A DNA stretch of 64,000 bases from a virus (IMGVR_UViG_3300031994_000022), one strand, 5' to 3'. Shown: positions 36,535 through 46,637, counted from the stretch's first letter. Notes: generated by a model not told the origin, from the sequence alone. Numbers and translations: made by a program.

Positions 36535-37147
36535 AATAGCAAAGGAACGCATTATATATAACAACTATGATTTATGGGATGATTATCCAGATGAAGAGAT
36601 TGACACAATCGCAAGGGAATGCGAATGGGTAGATGAAGACGAAGAGATTACAGATGAAATGCGCACACAGTGGAGATATTGGGAAGACGAAGCTAATTGG
36701 GATGCCGAAAAGGAAATGCTTGAAAACTTCTTTAAAGGCAAAACAGTTGGTTTCTTTGGAGAGGTTGGATTGTGGCATGGTACTTATAAAGCTGGCGATA
36801 TAGGAGATTTTTGGACACTGTATTATAAGGCAGTTCAAGATTGCGACTACATAAAGATATATGATGAAAACGGTCATATGTATTTGACTTGTTCACATCA
36901 CGATGGAACTAATCACTTTGAGATAAAGGAACTCACAGATGGTGCCGAAGATTACTACGACAGATGGAGTTACGGAAACGACAATAGAAAAGAATATGAG
37001 GTTATAACGCAGATCTATAAAAGATTTTCTAAGATACCACGTTATGCACAAAATGTGTATGGCTGCAAGGCAAGGGAATATGAACTAATAACCAAAGGCA
37101 GATTGATTGATATGTTAAATAATCAAGCGAAAAGTAATTATGCATAG
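36527..37147 (+). CDS. hypothetical protein
   Basis: RBS + ATG; CSHHDGTN motif. Confidence 0.8.
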   Translation: MNKIAKERIIYNNYDLWDDYPDEEIDTIARECEWVDEDEEITDEMRTQWRYWEDEANWDAEKEMLENFFKGKTVGFFGEVGLWHGTYKAGDIGDFWTLYYKAVQDCDYIKIYDENGHMYLTCSHHDGTNHFEIKELTDGAEDYYDRWSYGNDNRKEYEVITQIYKRFSKIPRYAQNVYGCKAREYELITKGRLIDMLNNQAKSNYA

Positions 37148-37158
37148 GAGGTATAAAT

Positions 37159-37593
37159 ATGAATCCTGGTTTTGTCACAAATCCAAACAAATGGAAAGCA
37201 AAGTATACAGTTGAATATATAGATGACCCAAAGGTGTGGGATCTGTTCTGTAAAGACTACTACGAAAACGGTTGGGAAGCATATAAGGTAAAGGAGTTTG
37301 ATAACGCAAGCGAAGCGATGGAGTTCTTTACAATATGCCGAGTAAATAGAAGTCGTATATATGACTGTAAGTTATGGATGCACATAGAAACACCTGACGG
37401 AAACTGGTATGAGGAATTTATAGATACAATCGGTACATACCGCAACACAATGAATAACCTTGCCAATAGGGAAATGAATCAGAGGATTGATATGTTGGAG
37501 AAAGAAAATGAAAATTTGGTTGAGGTAAATAAAAAGTTAGTGGATTACCTACAAAAATACAATGTAAATATAAACGAGATTCTTAATGGTTAA
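37159..37593 (+). CDS. hypothetical protein
   Basis: RBS + ATG. Confidence 0.75.
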   Translation: MNPGFVTNPNKWKAKYTVEYIDDPKVWDLFCKDYYENGWEAYKVKEFDNASEAMEFFTICRVNRSRIYDCKLWMHIETPDGNWYEEFIDTIGTYRNTMNNLANREMNQRIDMLEKENENLVEVNKKLVDYLQKYNVNINEILNG

Positions 37594-37606
37594 GGGAGGT
37601 GGCGTA

Positions 37607-38149
37607 ATGTTAGTAAGTTTAAGTACAGATATTTGCCCAATCGTAATTCCGGATACATATTGGGCAACGGAATGGTGTCACGAAGTGTCCGAAGAAATGT
37701 GGGAAGATTTCAAGAAGCTATTAGTTGACAAGGCAAAGGGAGCAATCACTTATGCTTTAGACGACTTGGGGATTCCATATACGGAAATCATAATGGGCGG
37801 TTTCCATAGTCCAAGAGAATACAACTTCAGTACTGATTGGATAGAGTTTGAATTAGAGATGCCTGATGATTATGTGGAAACTATAAAGGCAAATGTAAGG
37901 AATGACGAAGATGGATTCTTTCGATTCGCCAAGGAAAAATTCGGTAGTTATGATGGTTTCATAAGTTTTTATCCATACGAAAAAGAAGAGTTTTATGAAA
38001 GCGAAGACACAAGCTTTATAGTTTCAATGTGGATCATGTACAGAATGAACGAAGAGAACGACATAGAAGCATATCAGCGAGAGTATATAGACGATGTAGA
38101 TGAATATGCTAGATGTAACGGATATATGGAGGATTATGAAGATGAATAG
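37607..38149 (+). CDS. hypothetical acidic protein
   Basis: RBS + ATG; SPREYNFSTD motif. Confidence 0.8.
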   Translation: MLVSLSTDICPIVIPDTYWATEWCHEVSEEMWEDFKKLLVDKAKGAITYALDDLGIPYTEIIMGGFHSPREYNFSTDWIEFELEMPDDYVETIKANVRNDEDGFFRFAKEKFGSYDGFISFYPYEKEEFYESEDTSFIVSMWIMYRMNEENDIEAYQREYIDDVDEYARCNGYMEDYEDE

Positions 38150-38354
38150 AGATTTTACATATAAGGGAATTAAATTCCACCTTAATGATAATTGGAACGG
38201 AGCAAACCGTGAATATGAGGGAAAGTATTGGTTGATGTGGTGGAATGAGCCATATGAAAGATGGCAAAGTTTAATAACGGTCAATACTAAAAAGGAAGCA
38301 GAATATGCAGTAAGAGAATTTTATAAAGCAAAATGTAGATGTTATGCATATTAA
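38142..38354 (+). CDS. hypothetical protein
   Basis: RBS + ATG. Confidence 0.7.
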   Translation: MNRDFTYKGIKFHLNDNWNGANREYEGKYWLMWWNEPYERWQSLITVNTKKEAEYAVREFYKAKCRCYAY

Positions 38355-38367
38355 AGGAGGTAGCACT

Positions 38368-38616
38368 ATGACACAAAAATTTATAGCAATCGCAGTTAAA
38401 GGTAAAGAGTTTTTATACAGTAAGCGAAATATGATTGCTGTACCGACAAAGTCAGCACAACGCATAGCAGATATGTTAAACGCCGTTAATTACAAACTAA
38501 AAGATGGACAGTGTTGGTGGGTATATGACAACGATTGGTACACGAATGACTACATAACGGAAGAGATAAAGAAATGTGGCAAAGGCAACCTAAAGCTGTA
38601 TAGATACGAAGGATAA
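38368..38616 (+). CDS. hypothetical protein
   Basis: RBS + ATG. Confidence 0.7.
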   Translation: MTQKFIAIAVKGKEFLYSKRNMIAVPTKSAQRIADMLNAVNYKLKDGQCWWVYDNDWYTNDYITEEIKKCGKGNLKLYRYEG

Positions 38617-38792
38617 GGAGGAAATTAAAATGGCAAGTAAGGTAATAGGCGTGATGCTACGTCACGATGATGGAGATAAGGAATACTATGAACCACAATT
38701 TACTGAGGAAGATATGGAAAGCATTTATAAAATACTCGATAAATATGGAGATAATAACGAGAGCAAGCGAGGAGAATTGGAGGTAATTAAAA

Positions 38793-39053
38793 ATGGAGAA
38801 TAAACAGGAGATACTTAATGCAATATGTGCAGCACTCAGACTTACAGCCAATGCTGGTCGTGGTAATGCACTAAAGGAAATCCGTTATATGGAAGATAAA
38901 GGGATGGAATATGCAGTACCGATTTTTGAAAATGGAACCGGAGAACCTGATGAATATTGCCCACACGGTTACTACGGAGTCAATATTACTGGTGATAGTG
39001 GTACGGCAATATTCAAGGATATTACAAACCGGTTTATAGATTATGTTTGGTAG
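38793..39053 (+). CDS. hypothetical protein
   Basis: RBS + ATG; VNITGDSGTAIFKDI. Confidence 0.75.
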   Translation: MENKQEILNAICAALRLTANAGRGNALKEIRYMEDKGMEYAVPIFENGTGEPDEYCPHGYYGVNITGDSGTAIFKDITNRFIDYVW

Positions 39054-39056
39054 GAG

Positions 39057-39308
39057 GTGAAACAAATGACAATTAACACAGTAGACATTAAAGAGAAAAC
39101 AGTATTTCATATCTGGAGTACGATGAATGAATGGATAGATATGATGATTGAAGTTTATCCAAGAGATTATGACAAGGCAAAGGAAATAGCGAACAAGGCA
39201 CTTGATGATTGGCACGATACAGATGAAGATATAACGGTGTTTGAGTATGTACAGAGAACACTATATGAAAATGAGATTGAAGCAAGTATATATGTATATA
39301 ACGAATAG
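39057..39308 (+). CDS. hypothetical protein
   Basis: packed operon. Confidence 0.7.
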   Translation: MKQMTINTVDIKEKTVFHIWSTMNEWIDMMIEVYPRDYDKAKEIANKALDDWHDTDEDITVFEYVQRTLYENEIEASIYVYNE

Positions 39309-39319
39309 GAGGATTAAAC

Positions 39320-39520
39320 ATGATTATTTCAAGCGAAGATAAATGTGAATTTATAGGACAGATTATAGACATCTTTGAGGACTTCTTGGAAGAGAAAGGC
39401 ATCAACATTCCTAATGAAGACCGCGATGAAAACGGAAGCGAAGCAATTATATATGGAATGGATTACGGACTGTTAAGCGAACAGATCGAAAGTACATTAA
39501 GAGCATGGGATTTGATTTAG
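39320..39520 (+). CDS. hypothetical protein
   Basis: RBS + ATG. Confidence 0.75.
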   Translation: MIISSEDKCEFIGQIIDIFEDFLEEKGINIPNEDRDENGSEAIIYGMDYGLLSEQIESTLRAWDLI

Positions 39521-39537
39521 AATGGAGGTAAATAACT

Positions 39538-39750
39538 ATGGCAATGTTTAAAGCAACCGCAGAAATTACGGTTTCTGTTGAGATAGCAGTTAACGCAGAT
39601 AATATTGAGGAAGCAAAAGAAAAGGTGGAGAGCGTAGAAGATATAGGATTCTACCTTGAGGGAATGCAGTTGAGTAACGGAGTTGAAATTGTAGGATGTG
39701 ACGAACCAAGTTGGTATGTTGAATACGATGGGTATGTGGATAAACATTAA
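39538..39750 (+). CDS. hypothetical protein (DpnD/PcfM-like pattern)
   Basis: VNADNIEEAKEKV. Confidence 0.7.
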   Translation: MAMFKATAEITVSVEIAVNADNIEEAKEKVESVEDIGFYLEGMQLSNGVEIVGCDEPSWYVEYDGYVDKH

Positions 39751-39764
39751 GGGGAGGATTAAAT

Positions 39765-40040
39765 ATGGAAAAGAGATATTATTCAATTGAAATTAACAAG
39801 GATGATCCAACAGCATTGACATATTGCTTAAGGAAATTGGAAAACGCAATTCCTGACTATGAGTACGATTGGCGTATTGTGATAAACGCTGGTGGTATTG
39901 ATTATGGAATATATCTCAATATAGATATTGAGGATAAAGAAATTGAGATATGTAACCAACCAAGATATGGAAATGAAGCAGAAGATATGCTAGATGATGT
40001 AATCGAATTATTCGAAGAAGAAGATGATGATGAAGAATGA
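39765..40040 (+). CDS. hypothetical acidic protein
   Basis: RBS + ATG. Confidence 0.75.
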   Translation: MEKRYYSIEINKDDPTALTYCLRKLENAIPDYEYDWRIVINAGGIDYGIYLNIDIEDKEIEICNQPRYGNEAEDMLDDVIELFEEEDDDEE

Positions 40041-40064
40041 AATGAATGTTTTATAGAAGGGAGA

Positions 40065-40319
40065 ATGAATATGTTTAAGCATAGATTTTTTAATAAGGAA
40101 AACCGAAAGACAGACAAGGAAATAAGGGAGTTTATAACGAATACAAATAAGCCGTTGGTGTACACATATGGTTACGCTTGGAAATCACCAACAACTTATA
40201 GAGTTCCTATGGATAAAGAAGAAGCGTTAAAGGCAATTGAAAAAAATGGTCTTACGGATATAACAGAAGAAGATGACGTTATACACATTAATCAGTTTAG
40301 CGAAAATGATATGTGGTAA
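40065..40319 (+). CDS. hypothetical protein (cassette-like)
   Basis: flanked by boundary sites. Confidence 0.75.
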   Translation: MNMFKHRFFNKENRKTDKEIREFITNTNKPLVYTYGYAWKSPTTYRVPMDKEEALKAIEKNGLTDITEEDDVIHINQFSENDMW

Positions 40320-40355
40320 ATAAAAGAAAGGATTTATTTAAAGGGAGGTAGAAAT

Positions 40356-40688
40356 ATGTATACAGAACTTACAACATTAAAGGAACTTGAGGATTTAGGT
40401 TCAGCACTTACTATTGAAGGACTTGCCGAGGATAGTATCAAAGATTTTATAGAATGGGTTAAGCAGTATACTCCGATGATAAATGAAACGGCATATATCA
40501 TTAAAGGAAAAACAATGAATACAGTATATGGATTAACAGGCAATAATGCATATCCTGATGATTGCAATATTGTTTCAATTAAGTTAGAGGATATGGAAAA
40601 CAGTATGGCTGTTGTAATGCCAAGATTCCAAATAGGAGCAAGGTGGTTTGATGATATTGTTATGAATAACGCAGCAAGGGAGGAGTGA
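40356..40688 (+). CDS. hypothetical protein (cassette-like)
   Basis: RBS + ATG; GARWFDDIV. Confidence 0.75.
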   Translation: MYTELTTLKELEDLGSALTIEGLAEDSIKDFIEWVKQYTPMINETAYIIKGKTMNTVYGLTGNNAYPDDCNIVSIKLEDMENSMAVVMPRFQIGARWFDDIVMNNAAREE

Positions 40689-40879
40689 ATATGTATGACA
40701 AGATAACTATTAACAAAGGAGATATAAATGAATTGTGTGAACACCTGGATATGAATGGATATTGTTTTGAACAGATTGGTCAGAATTTGTATGTATTCTA
40801 TGAGGAAACAGATTATGTTCGGACAATTCTAAAGGAACGTGGTTATGAATATTGGGTAAACGATGAGATAGATATGTAA
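40685..40879 (+). CDS. hypothetical protein
   Basis: coupled to upstream gene. Confidence 0.7.
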   Translation: MNMYDKITINKGDINELCEHLDMNGYCFEQIGQNLYVFYEETDYVRTILKERGYEYWVNDEIDM

Positions 40880-40902
40880 TTAAAATAAGATTTTAAGGAG
40901 AA

Positions 40903-41295
40903 ATGAATATGGGATACGAAAGTAAGTTTTATGCAGTAAAAGAATATAATTTTCCAGAGGGTATACATCATTCAGATATTATAGCTACATTAGATATGTG
41001 CAAGATGGGATATGACGATGATGTACTAACCTTCCGCAAATTGTTTGATACGGAAACGCCGTTCTCTATTTACATGTATGAATATGATCCTGAAACGGAA
41101 GAAGAAAAATATATGGATGTAATCGAAGACAAATATGGAGAGAGGTTAAAATATATTTCAGACAAGAAAAAGGGAATTGAAATGCTAAAGAGAATTATAG
41201 ACAACGATGATTATTGGAGATTTAAGTTGTTATTGGAATTTATGAGGACATTTGCAGATTATGATGATGTGTATATAGTCCACTATGGTTATTGA
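40903..41295 (+). CDS. hypothetical protein (cassette-like)
   Basis: flanked by boundary sites. Confidence 0.75.
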   Translation: MNMGYESKFYAVKEYNFPEGIHHSDIIATLDMCKMGYDDDVLTFRKLFDTETPFSIYMYEYDPETEEEKYMDVIEDKYGERLKYISDKKKGIEMLKRIIDNDDYWRFKLLLEFMRTFADYDDVYIVHYGY

Positions 41296-41325
41296 TAAAA
41301 GTAAGATTTTAAGGAGGTAGAGCAA

Positions 41326-41559
41326 ATGAGAAGTGAAATAGAAATCAGAGAAAAAATTGACAGCCTTATGGAAGCTTTCAGAAAAGCAAAAAAAGCAGAC
41401 ATTGGAGTTGTTAAGAAAGCAAATCTTGTTGAAGATATAGCTGGACAGATAGATATGTTGTTATGGGTAGTAGAAGACGAAAGTGGATATGATCCATTGG
41501 ATGAACGCATTGACGAGATACTGATTAATAAGGATTATTTGATGGAGATGATGATATGA
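41326..41559 (+). CDS. hypothetical protein
   Basis: RBS + ATG. Confidence 0.7.
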   Translation: MRSEIEIREKIDSLMEAFRKAKKADIGVVKKANLVEDIAGQIDMLLWVVEDESGYDPLDERIDEILINKDYLMEMMI

Positions 41560-41696
41560 ATTGTTGGGATTATAAGGTAATGCAAATTTATAACGAAATC
41601 AATGTGTTGTGCGAAAACAATCGTAATGGCAGATATGATAAGCAGATTGCAGAGAAAAGAAGTGAATTGAACGAAGTATTAAAGAAGTGTAAATAA
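41556..41696 (+). CDS. hypothetical protein (46 aa)
   Basis: ATGA overlap; stop lies inside a boundary site. Confidence 0.55.
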   Translation: MNCWDYKVMQIYNEINVLCENNRNGRYDKQIAEKRSELNEVLKKCK

Positions 41697-41724
41697 AAAT
41701 CACATTTTAAGGGAGGTAGTAATT

Positions 41725-41919
41725 ATGGGAAATAGTTTTTTTGATTGTATGATTGTAACAGACGGAAGAAACACTTGTAAGGCAAGTGATTTAGGAACTA
41801 AACGAAATCCATTTAAGTCTTCTCAACGTGAACTTTCACATATAGAACGAACAGAAGCTGAAGTATATGCAACTGATAATAAATGGGCAATAGAAAATTA
41901 TGAGGCAACTCATAAATAA
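41725..41919 (+). CDS. hypothetical protein (cassette-like)
   Basis: flanked by boundary sites. Confidence 0.7.
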   Translation: MGNSFFDCMIVTDGRNTCKASDLGTKRNPFKSSQRELSHIERTEAEVYATDNKWAIENYEATHK

Positions 41920-41952
41920 AAACAACAATTTAAGGAAGGAGGAAATTAAGCT

Positions 41953-42372
41953 ATGGTTACAGTAATATGCTATGGGCAGAAAAAGGAATATGTAAGTAGA
42001 CAAACAGCTATCAATGAATACTTGGAGGGTATGATGTGCTGCGAAGGAAGTGAAAGGGATCGGTACACTAATGTGTATCTCGATCTGATTGAAGGTAAAG
42101 ATGTTTGTACAGATGAATGGGAGGTAAGAGATATGTATAGAAAAGCAACACAAGAAGAGATCAGAAACATTAAGGCAAAGGATTGGTTCTTAGTACGAGA
42201 TGCTTATGATACCGATAAAGTGTGGGAGTTTCAAGCATACCGCAATGCAAGTTGTACGAACGGAAGATGGTATGTGACAATGGAAACATATGGATTAGAT
42301 GGAAGAACAGGAAATCTTATACTGGTTGGATATACATCTTTTGGCGATGACAGAATAGTTATTGAAGAATAA
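41953..42372 (+). CDS. hypothetical protein, apparent two-gene fusion
   Basis: internal GGAGG + ATG at 42132. Confidence 0.7.
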   Translation: MVTVICYGQKKEYVSRQTAINEYLEGMMCCEGSERDRYTNVYLDLIEGKDVCTDEWEVRDMYRKATQEEIRNIKAKDWFLVRDAYDTDKVWEFQAYRNASCTNGRWYVTMETYGLDGRTGNLILVGYTSFGDDRIVIEE

Positions 42373-42398
42373 AACGAATATTTGATGGAGGTGGTTAT

Positions 42399-42647
42399 AT
42401 GGTTGAACCTTTTAAAATCACAAAGGAAATGATTGATAAGAGACAAGAGAAGAAAGACGAAATAATGGAACATATTAATAAGAAGATAGCAGAGGCAGTT
42501 AAACGTGGTTGGAACGAAACAAATTTTGATTGTTACGATGATAATTTATATGACGAAATAAAAAGAGAATATATAAATGCAGGGTATAGAGTGTATCCAA
42601 ACATTTATGCAAGATGTGGTGGTAGAAATGATTTTATAGCATGGTAA
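42399..42647 (+). CDS. hypothetical protein (cassette-like)
   Basis: flanked by boundary sites. Confidence 0.7.
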   Translation: MVEPFKITKEMIDKRQEKKDEIMEHINKKIAEAVKRGWNETNFDCYDDNLYDEIKREYINAGYRVYPNIYARCGGRNDFIAW

Positions 42648-42671
42648 ATAAAACCAAGATTTGAAAGGAGA

Positions 42672-42869
42672 ATGAATATGACTGGTGAAATATTTGCAAG
42701 AATATTAATAAACGAAAAGGAACGCAAAGAAATTGAAAAAGCAATATCTGTTATGAGTAATATTTTTGGAGCTTATGAAGAAACTGGATTGCAAAGCGTT
42801 GAACCGTTGCTTGATACTTTGACAAATGGCGTAGCACTACTTGAAGAAATACTTAAGGAAAATGAATAA
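42672..42869 (+). CDS. hypothetical protein (cassette-like)
   Basis: flanked by boundary sites. Confidence 0.7.
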   Translation: MNMTGEIFARILINEKERKEIEKAISVMSNIFGAYEETGLQSVEPLLDTLTNGVALLEEILKENE

Positions 42870-42909
42870 TGAATACTAAATAAAACAAGGTTTTTAAGGG
42901 AGGTGTAAT

Positions 42910-43101
42910 ATGTGGACAGAAAAAGCAAAGGAATTATACAAAGTGTTAAATGAGTTTATGGACGAAATAGAATTTAGATATGACGAAGATGAGGATGAAT
43001 ATTATATGTTAGGAAAACAGAATTGGGAAGATCGAGATTTTCTCAGTACTCTTGATGCATTAAAGGGAGATTTGGAATATTACATTGGGTTAGGGAGGTA
43101 A
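42910..43101 (+). CDS. hypothetical protein
   Basis: RBS + ATG. Confidence 0.7.
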   Translation: MWTEKAKELYKVLNEFMDEIEFRYDEDEDEYYMLGKQNWEDRDFLSTLDALKGDLEYYIGLGR

Positions 43102-43106
43102 ACAAC

Positions 43107-43334
43107 ATGGCAAAGTACAGAGTTTGTGTAGAAAGTATTGATTATCTTTATATTGACATTGAAGCAGATACACCGGAAGAAGCAAAGGAATTTGCTGACG
43201 AGTATGTAGATGGCGGTGAATTTCATAGCAACGCAACAGATGTTGGTTGGAGATATTCCGAAACAATAAAACTTAAAGATGATGCGATAGTAGATTATAA
43301 CGTAAAGGAGTTTATGAAAGGATTAGAAAGATAA
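43107..43334 (+). CDS. hypothetical protein (DpnD/PcfM-like pattern)
   Basis: MAKYRV...IEADTPEEA. Confidence 0.7.
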   Translation: MAKYRVCVESIDYLYIDIEADTPEEAKEFADEYVDGGEFHSNATDVGWRYSETIKLKDDAIVDYNVKEFMKGLER

Positions 43335-43362
43335 AATAATGTTTTCATAGGAGGTAAAAGCA

Positions 43363-43524
43363 ATGCCATATAGAGAATTTATTTTATACAAATGTAATGA
43401 TGGTATTAGTTATAACATATTTTATAAAAATTCAGATGGAAATGGAGAGCATTTGATTTGTACTGTCGGTTCATTTGAAAAAGCAAAACAATGGGTTGAC
43501 GAATGGTACAAGAGAAATAAATAA
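43363..43524 (+). CDS. hypothetical protein (53 aa, cassette-like)
   Basis: RBS + ATG; stop lies inside a boundary site. Confidence 0.6.
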   Translation: MPYREFILYKCNDGISYNIFYKNSDGNGEHLICTVGSFEKAKQWVDEWYKRNK

Positions 43525-43551
43525 AATAACTTTTTGATAGGAGGTAACAAT

Positions 43552-43929
43552 ATGAACGTATTAGATTATGTATTTGCATATGTAACGGAAGAAGGATACA
43601 GAGGAATAATAAGGGCAGATAGTGAAGAGGAAGCAATAGAACGCCAAAATGATTTTGATCCGAATGACGAAGTGAAATATATAGTTAGATTATCAGATTT
43701 AGATAACGATTATGGTGTTATAGAAGAGTGTAGAATTAATGAAGCCATTGATAATCAAAGATATATAAGACAATACTCATTTGATATTGATGGAGATACA
43801 GACGCAGATGAACTTGCAAGAGTAATAAATAAAGCTGGACTTGGAGTTAAAGTAATAGGGTCAGAATGGAAAGCAACGTGGAAATATGGTGATTATAAAA
43901 AAGGTGAACCACCAATAAGTTCCAACTAA
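43552..43929 (+). CDS. hypothetical protein (cassette-like)
   Basis: RBS + ATG. Confidence 0.7.
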   Translation: MNVLDYVFAYVTEEGYRGIIRADSEEEAIERQNDFDPNDEVKYIVRLSDLDNDYGVIEECRINEAIDNQRYIRQYSFDIDGDTDADELARVINKAGLGVKVIGSEWKATWKYGDYKKGEPPISSN

Positions 43930-44127
43930 TAAAAGCAGAGTTTCATAAGGAGGTAAAACAAATGAGAACACATAGAAAATGTATCAGATGTAATACATAT
44001 GTCAAAAGAGAAACGAGTAAAGGACTCCGCAGAGAGTATCCGTTTTACTGCCCGAAGTGTGACGAGAATATGTATAGATTTGAAACGATAAAAATAAATA
44101 AAAACAGATTTGAAGGGAGATAACAAT

Positions 44128-44328
44128 ATGATTAAAGAAACAATTATAGCACTTGTAAAACCCGGAGATATGGTAGAGATAACACCTATTTCTAACGTTC
44201 CAAATGCTGAACGCAGATTTAAGGTAAACGAAGTTCTTGATAACGGATTTTTATATGGATTATCCACTACTTGTGATGGTTATGTAATACCATTCAGTTG
44301 GATAAAAGATATTAAAATTGTAGCGTAA
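44128..44328 (+). CDS. hypothetical protein (cassette-like)
   Basis: RBS + ATG. Confidence 0.65.
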   Translation: MIKETIIALVKPGDMVEITPISNVPNAERRFKVNEVLDNGFLYGLSTTCDGYVIPFSWIKDIKIVA

Positions 44329-44357
44329 TGAAAGCTGGTTTGAAAGGAGATAATGCT

Positions 44358-44552
44358 ATGAAGTATGTAGTGTTAGCAAGATCAAAAACGGATGATATGA
44401 TACTAAGTAGTTTTGGTGTCTTCAGAAGTAAGAGAAATGCAAATCGACAGAAAGATACAATTACTGAGGAAGACCCTATAGATAATGCATATTATTGTGT
44501 AGAGGATGTTGATCCAACAGGAAGTTTTGCAAACGATAATGTATGGGATTGA
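44358..44552 (+). CDS. hypothetical protein (cassette-like)
   Basis: RBS + ATG. Confidence 0.65.
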   Translation: MKYVVLARSKTDDMILSSFGVFRSKRNANRQKDTITEEDPIDNAYYCVEDVDPTGSFANDNVWD

Positions 44553-44588
44553 ATTATTAAATGAAAGCTGAATTTCATAAGGGAGGCG

Positions 44589-44795
44589 ATGAATATGGAA
44601 AACTATTGGATACAAGTAAACGATTATATGGAACCATTTAAAATAGCATTAACAGAAGAGGAAGCAAACGGAGTAAAAAAAGTTTTAGTGAAATTAGCCC
44701 AGGTTGATGAGGATGCTTTAGTACAAATGACAGATGAAGACGGCGACATTGTATTTGTAGACAATTATAAAAAGTGGATTAAAACACACAGATAA
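44589..44795 (+). CDS. hypothetical protein (cassette-like)
   Basis: flanked by boundary sites. Confidence 0.7.
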   Translation: MNMENYWIQVNDYMEPFKIALTEEEANGVKKVLVKLAQVDEDALVQMTDEDGDIVFVDNYKKWIKTHR

Positions 44796-44822
44796 AAAGT
44801 AAATTTCAAAGGAGATAAAGAT

Positions 44823-45020
44823 ATGAAATTAAAAGAATTTAAAAATACAATGGTGTGGAAAGTTGCGGATTGTGTTGAATATGTTGACGAAGATGGTGTT
44901 GAAATAGAACCGACTACCGAAGTTAAAAGAAGAAAAATGAACAATATGGAAGTTATTAGTCATGGAACAATGATTGATGGTGACATAGCAACACTTGAAG
45001 TTGTTTTAGGTAAACGATAA
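44823..45020 (+). CDS. hypothetical protein (cassette-like)
   Basis: flanked by boundary sites. Confidence 0.7.
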   Translation: MKLKEFKNTMVWKVADCVEYVDEDGVEIEPTTEVKRRKMNNMEVISHGTMIDGDIATLEVVLGKR

Positions 45021-45048
45021 AAGAATACTTTTAAAAGGAGATAAGGAT

Positions 45049-45267
45049 ATGGAAAAAACAAAATACAGATATGCGGTTATTGAAGAGCTGTTGCATGACT
45101 ATAGTATCATACGATATTTTGATGACTTTGAAGAAGCAAAAGATTTCTGTTATAAGTTACGAATTAACAAATATGCAAATCACGATAGACTAAAGGAGAT
45201 TGAATATGAAAAATGTCCGTTTGATAATGGATATAATGTAGTAAAAATATCAGATGAAATATATTAA
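45049..45267 (+). CDS. hypothetical protein
   Basis: RBS + ATG. Confidence 0.7.
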   Translation: MEKTKYRYAVIEELLHDYSIIRYFDDFEEAKDFCYKLRINKYANHDRLKEIEYEKCPFDNGYNVVKISDEIY

Positions 45268-45693
45268 AGGAGAAAATTAAAATGAAAACAATAACAATAT
45301 CAATTAAACCACCGAATTGTTTCGGTAATCAGTCACCAACAAACAAACAGTGTAGTAGTTGTGTATTTTGTTTTGACTGCGCAGAGAAGAGAAATGATCA
45401 ATCATCTCAAAAGAGAGATTGAAATATAAAAGGAGGACACGCTTATGGAGTACAAACTTATTCCTGTTGTAGATGAGTACGGTGTTGTAGAACATTGGGA
45501 AATCTATAAAGGAAAAGAGTTCATTATCAGTTGCGATGATAATGAACTCAATGGAACTCTTGCTAATCTTGGTTAACAACTACAGATTAGCATAAGGCAA
45601 CCGAGTAGTCAAGTAAACCTTGGCTATTCGGCGTTCTCTTATAAAGAAAGGAGAAGAGAGGAATGGGATATAAGAGTAAAGGAGGCGATGTAA

Positions 45694-46266
45694 ATGAAAA
45701 TATTACATGGTGGAGCATTTAGTACTGGCGGTGGTTGTATAGCAGTACTTGGGGAACTTGATAATGGAATGTGGTTTATCTCAGATAATATAGGATGGAG
45801 CGTAACTGATTTTGATACAAGGAAGACTTGTAAAGAAATGGGAGTTGGCGATGGATGTGATGATAATGATCTTGCAGTATTTTGGATTGACTATGACAGT
45901 GGACATTATATAGATGTTGACGAAAGAGAATTAGATAATGCATTTCATGATTTCTGTATAAGATATGATTGTAAAGAACCAGGAATTACAGATGGTTACG
46001 AAAAATTCGATGGTATATGGGGAAATCTGTGTGACTATATTGATTGGAGTCATACAAAAATAGATGAATACAGTAAGCCAATACATTTTAAAAACATTAT
46101 AAACAATAGACTTGATAAAGCAGTAAATGAAATAATATATGATATTCAAGACAGACTTGATATTGAAAATGGAATATATGATTCAAAAAAATTTAAGAAG
46201 GCAAAAGAATTATTAGTAAATGAGATAATTAAATTATTAGAATCCGATAATAAAGAGGAGGAATAA
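45694..46266 (+). CDS. hypothetical protein
   Basis: RBS + ATG; STGGGC motif. Confidence 0.75.
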   Translation: MKILHGGAFSTGGGCIAVLGELDNGMWFISDNIGWSVTDFDTRKTCKEMGVGDGCDDNDLAVFWIDYDSGHYIDVDERELDNAFHDFCIRYDCKEPGITDGYEKFDGIWGNLCDYIDWSHTKIDEYSKPIHFKNIINNRLDKAVNEIIYDIQDRLDIENGIYDSKKFKKAKELLVNEIIKLLESDNKEEE

Positions 46267-46268
46267 AT

Positions 46269-46637
46269 ATGAGTAAAGAATTTATGGAATCTGAATTTAG
46301 ATTTGCAATGTATAGTACGCTTATGAATACACTCGATATTTTCGCACAGTATGGAAAACCAATTAATGACATATGGAAAGCTATGTTTAACGAGATTGAA
46401 ATGGAAGTACTTGGATATGATAAATCTATAGAAGACTCAATCGCAAGTACGGCTGATGCGAACGATTGTGGATATTGTACCACATGGGAAGAACTTATAA
46501 CAGAACTGAGATTAAATATGTTAAGAGGCGAAAGAATATATCATAATAAATGGACAAACGAAACCCACAAGATAGATGTATATAATTGGAAAACTGGAGA
46601 AGTTGTAGAATATAACGAAGAAGAAGAGGAGGAGTAA
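46269..46637 (+). CDS. hypothetical protein
   Basis: RBS + ATG. Confidence 0.75.
   Translation: MSKEFMESEFRFAMYSTLMNTLDIFAQYGKPINDIWKAMFNEIEMEVLGYDKSIEDSIASTADANDCGYCTTWEELITELRLNMLRGERIYHNKWTNETHKIDVYNWKTGEVVEYNEEEEEE

Larger units (their letters stand above)
40037..45034 (+). repeat. 17 dispersed inverted-arm sites ATRAAA-N5/6-TTTNAW at gene boundaries
   Basis: starts at 40037, 40320, 40880, 41295, 41693, 41916, 42369, 42648, 42880, 43331, 43521, 43929, 44098, 44328, 44561, 44792, 45017. Confidence 0.85.
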
